Below, in pieces: positions 7,053 through 15,592 of a stretch of DNA of 64,000 bases. Position numbers and translations under genes: made by a program. Positions within the stretch are counted from its first letter, which is position 1, and the number at the start of each line of letters is the position of its first letter. The stretch covers positions 22 to 64,021 of the forward strand of contig QHRO01000239.1 in the NCBI GenBank assembly GCA_003220155.1. Direction: 5' to 3'. This DNA comes from Verrucomicrobiota bacterium (GTDB taxonomy: Bacteria; Verrucomicrobiota; Verrucomicrobiia; Chthoniobacterales; UBA10450). Under the pieces are notes generated by a model. It did no database searches. It was not told the origin of the DNA and saw nothing but the letters and a program-made list of their open reading frames with translations.

Positions 7053-8426
7053 ATGCTGATGGCTTGCACTTCCTTGAAGCTGGCAGGGTGGGTTATTGCC
7101 GCTGCTATCGTTTTCGGCAGCGTCGGATGTAACCGATCGCGCGAGGACGCGCATGCGCGCGAAGTCGCAACCCGGGTTCGCACTGAGTTTCTGCATGCGT
7201 GGACTAATTACGAGAAGTACGCCTGGGGACATGATGCGTTAAAGCCGCTGAGCAAGACGCCGCAAGATTGGTACGGCCAATCGCTGCTGATGACGCCGGT
7301 CGATGCCTTGGACACGCTCATCCTGATGAAGCTGGATAAGGAAGCCGCGAAGGCGAAAGAGCTCATCGTGAAGAATCTTTCGTTCGATCGCGACGTTTAC
7401 GTCAAGAATTTCGAAATCACCATCCGTTTGCTCGGTGGCTTGCTCTCGAGTTATCAACTAACGAATGATAAACAACTGCTCGATCTGGCTGACGATTTAG
7501 GCAATCGGCTGTTAGCCGTTTTCAATTCGCCTACGGCACTTCCTTACGTTTACGTGAATCTGAAAACCGGCCAGGTTCGCGATGCGAAAACGAACCCGGC
7601 CGAGACGGGGACGCTGTTGCTGGAATTCGGGACGCTGAGCAAACTAACCGGTAAACCGATCTACTACGAAAAAGCCAAGCGTGCTTTGGTGGAGACATTC
7701 AAGCGCCGCTCGTCGATCGGTCTGGTTGGCTCGACCATCAACGTCGAGACCGGTGGGTGGATGGATGCAGATAGTCACATCAGTGGCGGAATCGATTCTT
7801 ACTACGAATATCTCTGGAAATGCTGGCTCTTATTCGGCGACAAAGATTGTCAGAAGATGTGGCACGCGAGCATTCCCGCGGTTAACAAATATCTTGCCGA
7901 CGAAGTCCGTGGCGAATTGTGGTACGGCCACGCCGACATGAACACAGGCAGGCTCACTGCATCGCAATATGGCGCGCTCGACGCTTTCTTTCCGGCTGTG
8001 CTGACGCACTCCGGCGACGTCGCGCGGGCGCGGCGACTCCAGGATTCATCGTTCAAAATGTGGAACATGCACGGGATCGAACCGGAGATCATCGATTACA
8101 AAACGATGCAGATTGTTTACAACGGCTACCATCTGCGTCCCGAGATCGTGGAATCGACCTATTATCTGCATCACTTCACACACGATCCGCGATACCGAAA
8201 GACGGGAGAGAAGATCTTCGAGGACTTTGTGAAATATTGCCGGGTGGATGCTGGCTACACCGCGCTTCAGGATGTGGTCACGAAAGCAAAGCGCGATGAA
8301 ATGGAAAGCTTCGTCCTGGCCGAGACCTTCAAATACCTTTATCTTCTCTTCGCTCCGCCGGATACTTTGGATTTCGACAAAGTCGTGTTCAATACTGAGG
8401 CGCACCCTTTGAGGCGAACGGATTGA
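7053..8426 (+). CDS. Glycoside hydrolase family 47 (class I alpha-1,2-mannosidase-like) lipoprotein
   Basis: EFLHAWTNYEKYAWGHDALKPLS, FEITIRLLGGLLSSY, ETGTLLLEFGTLSKLTG, ESFVLAETFKYLYLLF. Lipobox GSVGC. Confidence 0.8.
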   Translation: MLMACTSLKLAGWVIAAAIVFGSVGCNRSREDAHAREVATRVRTEFLHAWTNYEKYAWGHDALKPLSKTPQDWYGQSLLMTPVDALDTLILMKLDKEAAKAKELIVKNLSFDRDVYVKNFEITIRLLGGLLSSYQLTNDKQLLDLADDLGNRLLAVFNSPTALPYVYVNLKTGQVRDAKTNPAETGTLLLEFGTLSKLTGKPIYYEKAKRALVETFKRRSSIGLVGSTINVETGGWMDADSHISGGIDSYYEYLWKCWLLFGDKDCQKMWHASIPAVNKYLADEVRGELWYGHADMNTGRLTASQYGALDAFFPAVLTHSGDVARARRLQDSSFKMWNMHGIEPEIIDYKTMQIVYNGYHLRPEIVESTYYLHHFTHDPRYRKTGEKIFEDFVKYCRVDAGYTALQDVVTKAKRDEMESFVLAETFKYLYLLFAPPDTLDFDKVVFNTEAHPLRRTD

Positions 8427-8459
8427 CGTGACTACAGACTACTGACTACAGACTATCTT
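8424..8459. repeat. Heptamer-periodic tract (CTACWGA x4) filling the whole intergenic spacer
   Basis: TGA CGTGA CTACAGA CTACTGA CTACAGA CTATCTT ATG. Confidence 0.8.
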
Positions 8460-8945
8460 ATGCAAGTATCGCGTTATTTATCATTGATTCTGCTCGGAAT
8501 GATTCTGGATAGTTGTTCTGAGCGACAGTTCGATTCCAAAACCGAAGGGGAAAAATTGTTGGCCAGGGACGCAGAATGGGCGGATCTCGCCACGGCAGGC
8601 AAGGATATCGAAAAGGTTGTCTCTTACTGGAGCGATGATGCTGTCCTCATTTTCCCGGGACAGCCTGTGCTCGAGGGCAAGGCGGCGATTCGTGCTTACG
8701 TTGCCGCCAGCTTTGATACCCCCGGATTCAAGATCCATTGGGTCTCGCAAAAACCTGTATTCTCCCCCGATGGCAAGCTTGCCTATATGCGCGGGACGGA
8801 CGAGCTCACTCTGCCTGGGCTAAATGGCGGTACGATGACGCTGCACCTTCGTGGAATATCGGTCTGGCGTTTGGATCCGGATAAGCAATGGCGCTGCGTC
8901 CTGGATATTTCAAATGAGGCACCGCCTACTAGCCCGAGCTCTTAG
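8460..8945 (+). CDS. NTF2-like (DUF4440) lipoprotein
   Basis: Lipobox LDSC. LLARDAEWADLATAGKDIEKVVSYWSDDAVLIFPGQP. Confidence 0.6.
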   Translation: MQVSRYLSLILLGMILDSCSERQFDSKTEGEKLLARDAEWADLATAGKDIEKVVSYWSDDAVLIFPGQPVLEGKAAIRAYVAASFDTPGFKIHWVSQKPVFSPDGKLAYMRGTDELTLPGLNGGTMTLHLRGISVWRLDPDKQWRCVLDISNEAPPTSPSS

Positions 8946-8975
8946 CCTGCGCGGCCTGTCCAATGGTCATTTGCT

Positions 8976-9035
8976 GTAGCGGCGGTCTATGACCGCCGAA
9001 ACTATCCGAAATCGGCGGTCATAGACCGCCGCTAC
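8976..9035. repeat. REPIN-like doublet: two inverted GTAG-headed hairpins
   Basis: GTAG CGGCGGTC TAT GACCGCCG, a 14-nt spacer, then CGGCGGTC ATA GACCGCCG CTAC. A second copy of the family is at 24091-24150. Confidence 0.85.
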
Positions 9036-9086
9036 AATTTTGCCTTATAGAACTTGGGTATCCCTTTCCCGCTGCCCACACCGAAA

Positions 9087-9109
9087 CCGGGATCACCGAT
9101 CCCGGCTAC
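9087..9109 (-). repeat. GTAG-headed REP hairpin
   Basis: Reverse strand reads GTAG CCGGGATC GGT GATCCCGG. The same unit is at 62468-62490. Confidence 0.8.
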
Positions 9110-9380
9110 AGTAAGCATGCTGAAGACGACTGACCAGAATTCTACTGGGGGCGATTGCGAAGGAAACTGAGGGTCGCCCGCTTTGGCTAGGCGCAAGTTT
9201 CCCTCGGCCTCCGGAAAGTCGGGATGAAGGCGCAGCGCCTGTTCAACTTGCGCAATCGCCTCGAGGAGCGTTGCCTTCGCGCATAAAAATCTTTCCCAGA
9301 TAGTTATGAGGCTGGGCGAGCTTCGGGCTCCGGACCAAAGCATCGGCCCGCGTTCTCTTCGACGTCGAGTTGCGCACTTT

Positions 9381-9463
9381 GTCATGTCGAGCGAAAGTCG
9401 AGACATCTCTCGCTACTCGTCTGTCACGAAGTTAGAGATTCCTCGACTGCCCTCGGAATGACA
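9381..9463. repeat. MITE-like inverted-repeat element (GTCATxxCGAGCGAAGTCGAG family)
   Basis: GTCATGTCGAGCGAAAGTCGAGACATCTCT ... AGAGATTCCTCGACTGCCCTCGGAATGAC. Confidence 0.75.
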
Positions 9464-9509
9464 AAAAGAGCGCTCACCCGAAATAGACCTCCTTTGTGTT
9501 GCGGCTGAA

Positions 9510-9890
9510 ATGAAACCAGATCGTAATTCGCATGAAACAGGCGCCCGCCTTCCATGTCGCGATCATCCAGCCCTCTGTCTTAGTCTGTTTGCCTTCATGT
9601 TCGTTCCTGCTGTCGTGGGCGAGATTGCGCTGGGGCGGTGGCTGACTCAGTTCATGCCGCATCCCGGATTGGTTGCCATGCTGTGTTTTGCACCAGTAAT
9701 GGTCATCCTGTTCATTATCGGAATGCTTACTGGAGGTACCATCTGGCTTTTGCTGATGAAGCGCTTTGTGCAGCAGAACATATTGGCGACATTTTTTCTC
9801 GGAGGTCCGCGCGTCCCGGTCTTCTCCAATCTTTGCTCGAAGATATTTTCCTGGAGTTACGGTCAGAACCGACCGAAAACCGAAGTATGA
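9510..9890 (+). CDS. Hypothetical small membrane protein
   Basis: Two or three hydrophobic helices. No family recognised, and the start is uncertain. Confidence 0.3.
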   Translation: MKPDRNSHETGARLPCRDHPALCLSLFAFMFVPAVVGEIALGRWLTQFMPHPGLVAMLCFAPVMVILFIIGMLTGGTIWLLLMKRFVQQNILATFFLGGPRVPVFSNLCSKIFSWSYGQNRPKTEV

Positions 9891-9900
9891 GCTTGCTCTC

Positions 9901-9936
9901 TGAGATAGCTGATGGCTGATAGCTAATTGCTGATGG
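9901..9936. repeat. Heptamer-periodic tract (GCTGATR family)
   Basis: TGAGATA GCTGATG GCTGATA GCTAATT GCTGATG. The same unit occurs at 10395-10408. Confidence 0.75.
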
Positions 9937-10033
9937 CGAAGGGACGCGCTCCGCGCATCCAGGACTCGCCGCGGCGCGGTGTATTTGCATGACTATCGAT
10001 TAGAGGACCACAAAGTCACATCATGCTGTAACC

Positions 10034-10406
10034 ATGGAACGAGTAACTGGAATCGGCAGCGTGTTCTTTCGGGCGAAGGATCCCGAAACCCTGTCGGCGT
10101 GGTATGACGATACGTTCGGCGTAAGTCGAGCGCCACGCGATTACAGCACAGCACCATGGATGCAACAGGTGGGGAGCGACCGTTTTCGCGCCATTTCCCA
10201 GCGAGACCGATTATTTCGGCAACCCAAGCCAGGCATGGATGATCAATTTTCGAGTAGCTAATCTGGATCGTATGATCGCACAGTTGCGGGCGAAAGGGAT
10301 CGAAGTATCGCTTGATCCGGAGATTTATCCATACGGTCGTTTTGCTCGTTTAACTGATCCCGAGGGAAATCCGATCGAGCTCTGGGAGCCCAAGGCTGAT
10401 AGCTGA
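10034..10406 (+). pseudogene. VOC/glyoxalase-family gene with a +1 frameshift near 10175
   Basis: N-terminal part MERVTGIGSVFFRAKDPETLSAWYDDTFGV. The shifted frame gives GATVFAPFPSETDYFGNPSQAWMINFRVANLDRMIAQLRAKGIEV...YPYGRFARLTDPEGNPIELWEP. Confidence 0.7.
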
Positions 10407-10435
10407 TGGTTGTTGCGGATAGAAAACTAGCGGCC

Positions 10436-10520
10436 GCAAGCCGGCTCCGCAGAGCGTCGCCCTACCAGTGAAAATTTTCGTGGAGAGGCGTTGGTAGGGC
10501 GAGACTCCGTCGAGCCGCTC
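10436..10520. repeat. Pair of GTAGGGCGA-type REPs, heads facing inward
   Basis: ...GCGTCGCCCTAC (CTAC at 10462-10465) and GTAGGGCGAGACTCC... (GTAG at 10494-10497). Confidence 0.6.
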
Positions 10521-10532
10521 AGCCTTTCGCAG

Positions 10533-12281
10533 TCACTCATGGAGCCGGTAGGCTTCTACCAACGCGACACCGGTCGTACCGTTGTTTCCGCACACGATCA
10601 CGGTGTAATTCCCGGCGGCGAGCGAAGCGATGATAGCTGATTCGCGATTGTCAGTCGGGTTAAGCAATGTCGCTTTGATTCCTGTCGGCGTGTTGTCCTT
10701 CCAATCGTTGTCGAATGCGATCAAAGCTCCGTTAGCATCGCGCAATTCAAGGGTCGGATCTTGCAATGGTTGCGCAATTCCGAAACTGCCCAGTGTCGGT
10801 CCGATCGCACGCAGCACGATCACGGGTGGTTCGCCATTGCCGATAATCAATCCACCGATCAGGACATTCTCGCCCGTGCCAACGAAACCACGCGTACTGA
10901 GATTTCCGAAAATCGAGGTCGAGGCGTCTAATTGGTAAAGATCAACCAGCGCGACACCCGTTCCGCTATTTTTTCCGCTCACTACCGCGGTGTAAGAGCC
11001 GGGAGCGAGGGTGGCAATGATGGCCGATTCCAAATCATTGGGCGGAGCAAAACCGCTGGCTGCGATTTCGGTCTCTTGCCTATTCCGCCAATTGTCGTTA
11101 GAGTCGACTACAACGTTGCTGCTGTTAACTATGGTAATGGTTGGATCCGCCAGCGCGCCACTCACTCCAAGGGTGCTCAAGGTTGGCCCGAGCGCGCGCA
11201 CAATGACCTTTTTTGGCTGGTTCCCGCTAATAATGAAGCCAGCGATCAGCACATTTTGTCCGGTGCCAACCATTCCCCGGGACGAAATGTTGGTCGCTTT
11301 TCCGAGCGGCGCGATCGGGCCGCTCAGCAGTCGATTCGCTTCGTTGGCGAGCTCAAAATGACCACCAGTGGTCGGATGAATATCATCCCAGAAAAGATAT
11401 TGATCCGGATTGACCCCAGATGCGCCTTGGGCCGAATCAATTGTGTTGACGAAGTTGTAATGTGCGGGCTGGCCCAGGACACGGATCACATCGAGCCAGA
11501 CATCGAAGGGGTAAACCTGAATGGTAATCCCGCTCCCGTGGAGTCCGCTTTTGGTCGAAGCAATGACGGATTTGAGATGATCGCGATAAATCGCAGAAGC
11601 GTAGTCAAGTGCCAGGACCCGGGTTGGATCGCCGAAAGAATTTGGCACCGCGCCTAGGGGTGGAACATTGGGCACGAGGAAATTTCGGGCGCCAGCGTTG
11701 GCCAGCCGCACAATCAGACCTCCGACGCGATTAGCGGTGTCGATTACGCTCTGTGCGCTATGGTCATCAAAGAGATCGTTGCCGCCGCCCCAAAGAATGT
11801 ACAAGGCATTAGCGTCGGCGGCGTGGCTGGCCAGATAATCGTTAATTTGTTTGCCCATGTTATCGATGGTGATGGTGAAATCGCCACCGCCGAATGGAAA
11901 TGGGTTATTGATGATGGTTCGGTCTTGCGTGCCGTCCTTGGTGGTGGCGCCGCCAAATGCATAATCGGTTCCCCCATCGAGACTGTTTTTTGCGACTGCC
12001 AAACCGAGGAATGTTTTTTCCAGTTGCTCGTGCCAGGTACCGACATACAAATTTGCCGCCGGTGACGTGTTAGTATCGTCGGTAAACCGATAATCGCTGT
12101 AGTTGAAGTTACTGCTCGGATAACTGAAGCCAACCAGGTCGCGCGCGCGATGCGCGATGTTTCCATCATCAGAAAGGCTGTCGCCGAAAACGATGACCTG
12201 GGTAAATACCGGCGCCTGAGCGTTAACGAGAATTGGAGTCGCCAGAAAAATGGCGACGCTCAAAAGTTTTCTTATTCCCAT
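10533..12281 (-). CDS. Secreted SGNH/GDSL hydrolase with two tandem C-terminal ~120-aa domains
   Basis: Signal peptide, then VIVFGDSLSDDGN (GDSL block) and WDDIHPT. The C-terminal repeat is NxSxRGxVGTGxNVLIxGxII...ALGPTL...DPTxxxxN...NDNW...ESAIIAxLAxGxYTxxVxGxNxxTGVALV, present twice. Confidence 0.8.
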   Translation of the reverse strand: MGIRKLLSVAIFLATPILVNAQAPVFTQVIVFGDSLSDDGNIAHRARDLVGFSYPSSNFNYSDYRFTDDTNTSPAANLYVGTWHEQLEKTFLGLAVAKNSLDGGTDYAFGGATTKDGTQDRTIINNPFPFGGGDFTITIDNMGKQINDYLASHAADANALYILWGGGNDLFDDHSAQSVIDTANRVGGLIVRLANAGARNFLVPNVPPLGAVPNSFGDPTRVLALDYASAIYRDHLKSVIASTKSGLHGSGITIQVYPFDVWLDVIRVLGQPAHYNFVNTIDSAQGASGVNPDQYLFWDDIHPTTGGHFELANEANRLLSGPIAPLGKATNISSRGMVGTGQNVLIAGFIISGNQPKKVIVRALGPTLSTLGVSGALADPTITIVNSSNVVVDSNDNWRNRQETEIAASGFAPPNDLESAIIATLAPGSYTAVVSGKNSGTGVALVDLYQLDASTSIFGNLSTRGFVGTGENVLIGGLIIGNGEPPVIVLRAIGPTLGSFGIAQPLQDPTLELRDANGALIAFDNDWKDNTPTGIKATLLNPTDNRESAIIASLAAGNYTVIVCGNNGTTGVALVEAYRLHE

Positions 12282-12393
12282 GATTGATCCCTCTTACTAA
12301 AACGAAATTGAACTGCCTTTCGGATGCAATCTGTGCATGTCGCAAATCCTCAAGAACATAGATGGTCAGTCGGTGGCAAAGAGGCGAGAATAC

Positions 12394-13902
12394 CTAGCTT
12401 CCCAGAGCCCGCAGAAAATCGGCAAAGTTGGCGCTCTCGCGCATGGCGGCATTCAATCGCTTCAGACTTTCGTCGGCCGGTTCCGGCAGCGCGATACGTC
12501 GGGAACACCCGGCACCGGACAACACAATCTCATTCCATTGAATCGATTCGATCTGATCGGTGAAACGCGCAACCGCGCGCCCCCGGAAGAAAGCGCGTGT
12601 GGTTTCCGGAGGAGAAAAAATTGCGCGGCGAATCTCATCTTCGTTGACCACCCGCCGCATCGAACCCTGGCGCAGCAACTCATAATATAATCCGCGCTCC
12701 AGATCGATATTGTGATACTCGAGGTCAATTGCCTGCAGCCATGGATCGCTCCATTGTAATTTTTCCTCCTCCTGCAACTCGTTCAGCAGAAATTTTTTCG
12801 CTGCCCAATCCGCCCGATCGCGACATAACATCACGTCTCGCTCCAAGTCATTGAGGACGCTTTCCCATTCGCGCAAAATCCAACCGCGCTCCTCCTCATC
12901 GCGCTCGACCTTCTGTGCCGCGTTCAAATAAAGCCGCTGCACATCAATCGCGGAAATCTTTCGTCCGTCGCGCAACTCGATGATCCAATCATAATTCTGA
13001 TCGCGACTAATCGATTTCGCGGCGTCAATCGGTTGCGCGATTTCCAACTGCGGCGCTTTGCCGCACTCGATCAAATCCAGCACCAGCGCGGTCGTCCCCA
13101 GCTTCATCGCCGTCGCCCATTCACTCATGTTCGAGTCGCCAATAATGACGTGAAACCGGCGATACTTGTTGGCATCGGCGTGCGGCTCATCCCGCGTATT
13201 CACCAGCGGGCGGCGATTCATCGTGTCGATGCTGACCAGGACGCTAAAGAAATCCGCTCGCTGCGAAATCTGAAACACACCGGGCTGACCGGCCGCGCTC
13301 TCCGCTTCAATCCCCATCTTGCCGGCGCCGGCAAAAATCTGTCGCGTGATCAGAAACGGCAGGGCGCCCGCGACGATGCGATCCCACGGGATGTCGCGCC
13401 GCATCAGGTAATTATCGTGGCAACCGTAGCTGTGACCGAGAAAGTCGGTGTTGTTTTTGTAAAGCCGGACGTGCTCACCGTCCGACAAATGCGCATTCCG
13501 GCGTCGCGCGCATTCGGCCAGAATCCGCTCGCCCGCTTTTTCCTGGGCCACAATCTCACGTAACGTCGTGCACTCCGGCGTGGAATATTCCGGATGAGCG
13601 TGATCGTTGTAAAAACGCGCGCCGTTCGATAACACGAGGTCGCTCTTGATTTCCTGAAAGGTCAGCGGCCGGTTTTTATCGATCTCATAGTAGGCCGATT
13701 CATCCGCGTCCTGACGCAATTCTTTGGCCCGAAAACCGCGCGCATCGCGATGCGGATCTTCGTGGCCGTAATCCCATTTCATCAACGCGCCGTGCTCGGT
13801 ATAACTGCGCACCAGCGCGATCGATTCCGCGACCACGTCCACCGACTCCGCGCCGTCCAGCGTGATCCCATATTCCGTCTCCAACCCAAAGACGCGTTCC
13901 AT
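12394..13902 (-). CDS. Pup/UBact ligase-deamidase family protein (Dop/PafA type)
   Basis: MERVFGLETEYGIT N-terminus and a 502-aa length (closer to Dop than to PafA). The start was moved from 13998 to the ATG at 13902, because the extra 32 codons are translated heptamer repeat. Confidence 0.8.
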   Translation of the reverse strand: MERVFGLETEYGITLDGAESVDVVAESIALVRSYTEHGALMKWDYGHEDPHRDARGFRAKELRQDADESAYYEIDKNRPLTFQEIKSDLVLSNGARFYNDHAHPEYSTPECTTLREIVAQEKAGERILAECARRRNAHLSDGEHVRLYKNNTDFLGHSYGCHDNYLMRRDIPWDRIVAGALPFLITRQIFAGAGKMGIEAESAAGQPGVFQISQRADFFSVLVSIDTMNRRPLVNTRDEPHADANKYRRFHVIIGDSNMSEWATAMKLGTTALVLDLIECGKAPQLEIAQPIDAAKSISRDQNYDWIIELRDGRKISAIDVQRLYLNAAQKVERDEEERGWILREWESVLNDLERDVMLCRDRADWAAKKFLLNELQEEEKLQWSDPWLQAIDLEYHNIDLERGLYYELLRQGSMRRVVNEDEIRRAIFSPPETTRAFFRGRAVARFTDQIESIQWNEIVLSGAGCSRRIALPEPADESLKRLNAAMRESANFADFLRALGS

Positions 13903-13990
13903 CGTTCCGAAACATAGCGCGATACCAAACCACGCGAAAATTTTACGGCGCTTTATTGTCCTGAACCTCCGACCCACGACTCTGAAATCT

Positions 13991-14046
13991 CGATTCACGA
14001 TTCACCGATCACGATGCTCGATGCTCGATGCTCATAACCGATACCG
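13991..14046. repeat. Heptamer-periodic tract upstream of the Dop/PafA gene
   Basis: In the gene sense: AGCATCG x3, TGATCGG, TGAATCG x2. Confidence 0.8.
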
Positions 14047-14104
14047 CGGCGCTTCGCGCCGTCCTCCTTGCTTCAACCTCTTCGCTCTGCTCTTATCTTC
14101 GCCA

Positions 14105-15462
14105 ATGTCCCGACTGACCGCCTGCTTGATTCTATTCGTCATCTGGGCCTTGATTTACCTTACCAACCTGGGGTCGTCCGAGTTCCGCAGTGAAGAAGGT
14201 CATCGCGTCCTGCCTGCGGTTCAGACGCTCGATAAGTAGCAACTACTGGCCCCCTACATTGCGGCACGGCCGTATTTTGAATAAGCCGCCGTTGCTTAAT
14301 TGGATTGTCGCTGCCTCGTTTAAGCTTTCCGGAGTTCGCAACGAATGGACCGCGCGTCTGCCATCGGCATTATTCACTCTGGCCGTCGCCCTTACCCTGG
14401 CGACGGTCGGACGAATCAGCCTTGGCCCAATCGGTTCCTTCATCGCACCACTCTGCTGGCTAACGAATCTTGGACTGCTCTCATTCTGTGGTTGCTGCTC
14501 TGGGAACAAAAGCGCTCACCCTGGCTTACCTTCGTCGTGTCCTGGATCTTTCTTGGTTAGGCCTGCTGGCGAAAGGTCCAAGTCACGTCCTGTTCTTTTA
14601 TCTTATCGTTGGCGCCGTTCTCTGGCGAAATCGTCACCTCCGCGACCTAACTCATCCGGCGCACTTCATTGGAGTCGTGGTAATGCTCGGAATTTTGTGA
14701 CCTGGCTGATTCCGTACTTTCGGGCGTTACCTTCTCGGTCGCCTTTACAAGCCTGGTCACGAGAAGCGGCGGTCGCATTTCACGGCGAAGAAGGCGAATC
14801 AGAGGATTGGTTACTAAACTTCCCCCGCGGCTTCGCCTATCTACTTCCCTGGGTACTACTTCTCCCGTTTATTCGATTGAGTAAAATAACGGACCCATTA
14901 CAGCGCAACGTAGCTTATGGATTAGCATGGGGGAGCATTATTCCATTTGTTATTGTTCTTCTGACTTCCGGAACACTCCCAAGATATATTTTGCCCTTGG
15001 AAGCACCATTTTGCTGGACCGTCGGAAGCGCTGTCGCTAATGGAGCCTCGCAATGGAGTATTAAAGGCATTCGAGTTCCGCAGGGGCCTAATCTTCTCCT
15101 TTGTCGCGATAGGCATTGTTGCGGCGATGATAATCTTTCCGCTGCGTTCCGTGACCTATTTAAAGAGGCACGAGCGAATTAAACCGATTGCCGGAGAAAT
15201 TAACGCGCTCCTCCCGTCTGAGCAACGGCTTTACGCAATCGACCCTGACTTTCAGCCGTATCTCTTTTATGTCCGCGCGCCTATAACCTACCTCACTACC
15301 TTGGGCGAATTACCAGCGGATGCGCATTATTTTTTATTTCAGCTCAGGCATCAACGAAAATTCGAAAGCAACCCGCGATGGGCGACCTTGCGACCGAAAC
15401 TCCTGGCTCATATATCGAGCTATCGTAACAAAGAAAGCTTGCTTTTCGCCATCGAGCACTGA
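14105..15462 (+). pseudogene. GT39/ArnT-like glycosyltransferase, multiple frameshifts and stops
   Basis: Pieces in three frames: MSRLTACLILFVIWALIYLTNLGSSEFRSEEGHRVLPA, then NYWPPTLRHGRILNKPPLLNWIVAASFKL, then GLLAKGPSHVLFFYLIVGAVLW, then LLPWVLLLPF...GTLPRYILPLEAPF, then RLYAIDPDFQPYLFYV. Confidence 0.6.
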
Positions 15463-15592
15463 CGACGGACCACGGACTTCCCCGCGTCGCCTTGCACAAT
15501 CCAATAATCGACAACCGATAACCGAAGCGCGCGGCGCTTCGCGCTCCGCCTTTTTATTTGACGCCATTGAACCTGCGAGAAGAATCATCCGC

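Noticed and set aside
8424-8459. CRISPR array hypothesis for the short tandem repeats and the REP doublets.
   Set aside because: The repeat period is 6-9 nt with no spacers. The REP hairpins are solitary or paired, not arrayed at 50-80-nt periodicity. No cas genes are present.
9032-9406. 124-aa minus-strand ORF with a TPR-like stretch (EAIAQVEQALRLHPDFPEAEGNL).
   Set aside because: Both ends are made of REP/MITE repeats (9087-9109 and 9381-9410) and it stops in a CTAC REP head. At best it is a short remnant of a TPR gene, so it was not called.
12282-12393. Search for a Pup/UBact-like small ORF next to the Dop/PafA and mpa genes (also 13903-14104, 21101-21264 and 23023-23096).
   Set aside because: Reading all frames of these gaps by eye gave only repeats or ORFs shorter than 20 codons, and none ended in GGQ, GGE or GE. 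Absence is stated only for these gaps, not for the whole window.
13903-13998. N-terminal 32 codons of the listed 534-aa Dop/PafA ORF (MNRDFRVVGRRFRTIKRRK...).
   Set aside because: The sequence is translated heptamer-repeat and upstream DNA. The family-typical N-terminus MERVFGLETEYG begins at the ATG at 13902.
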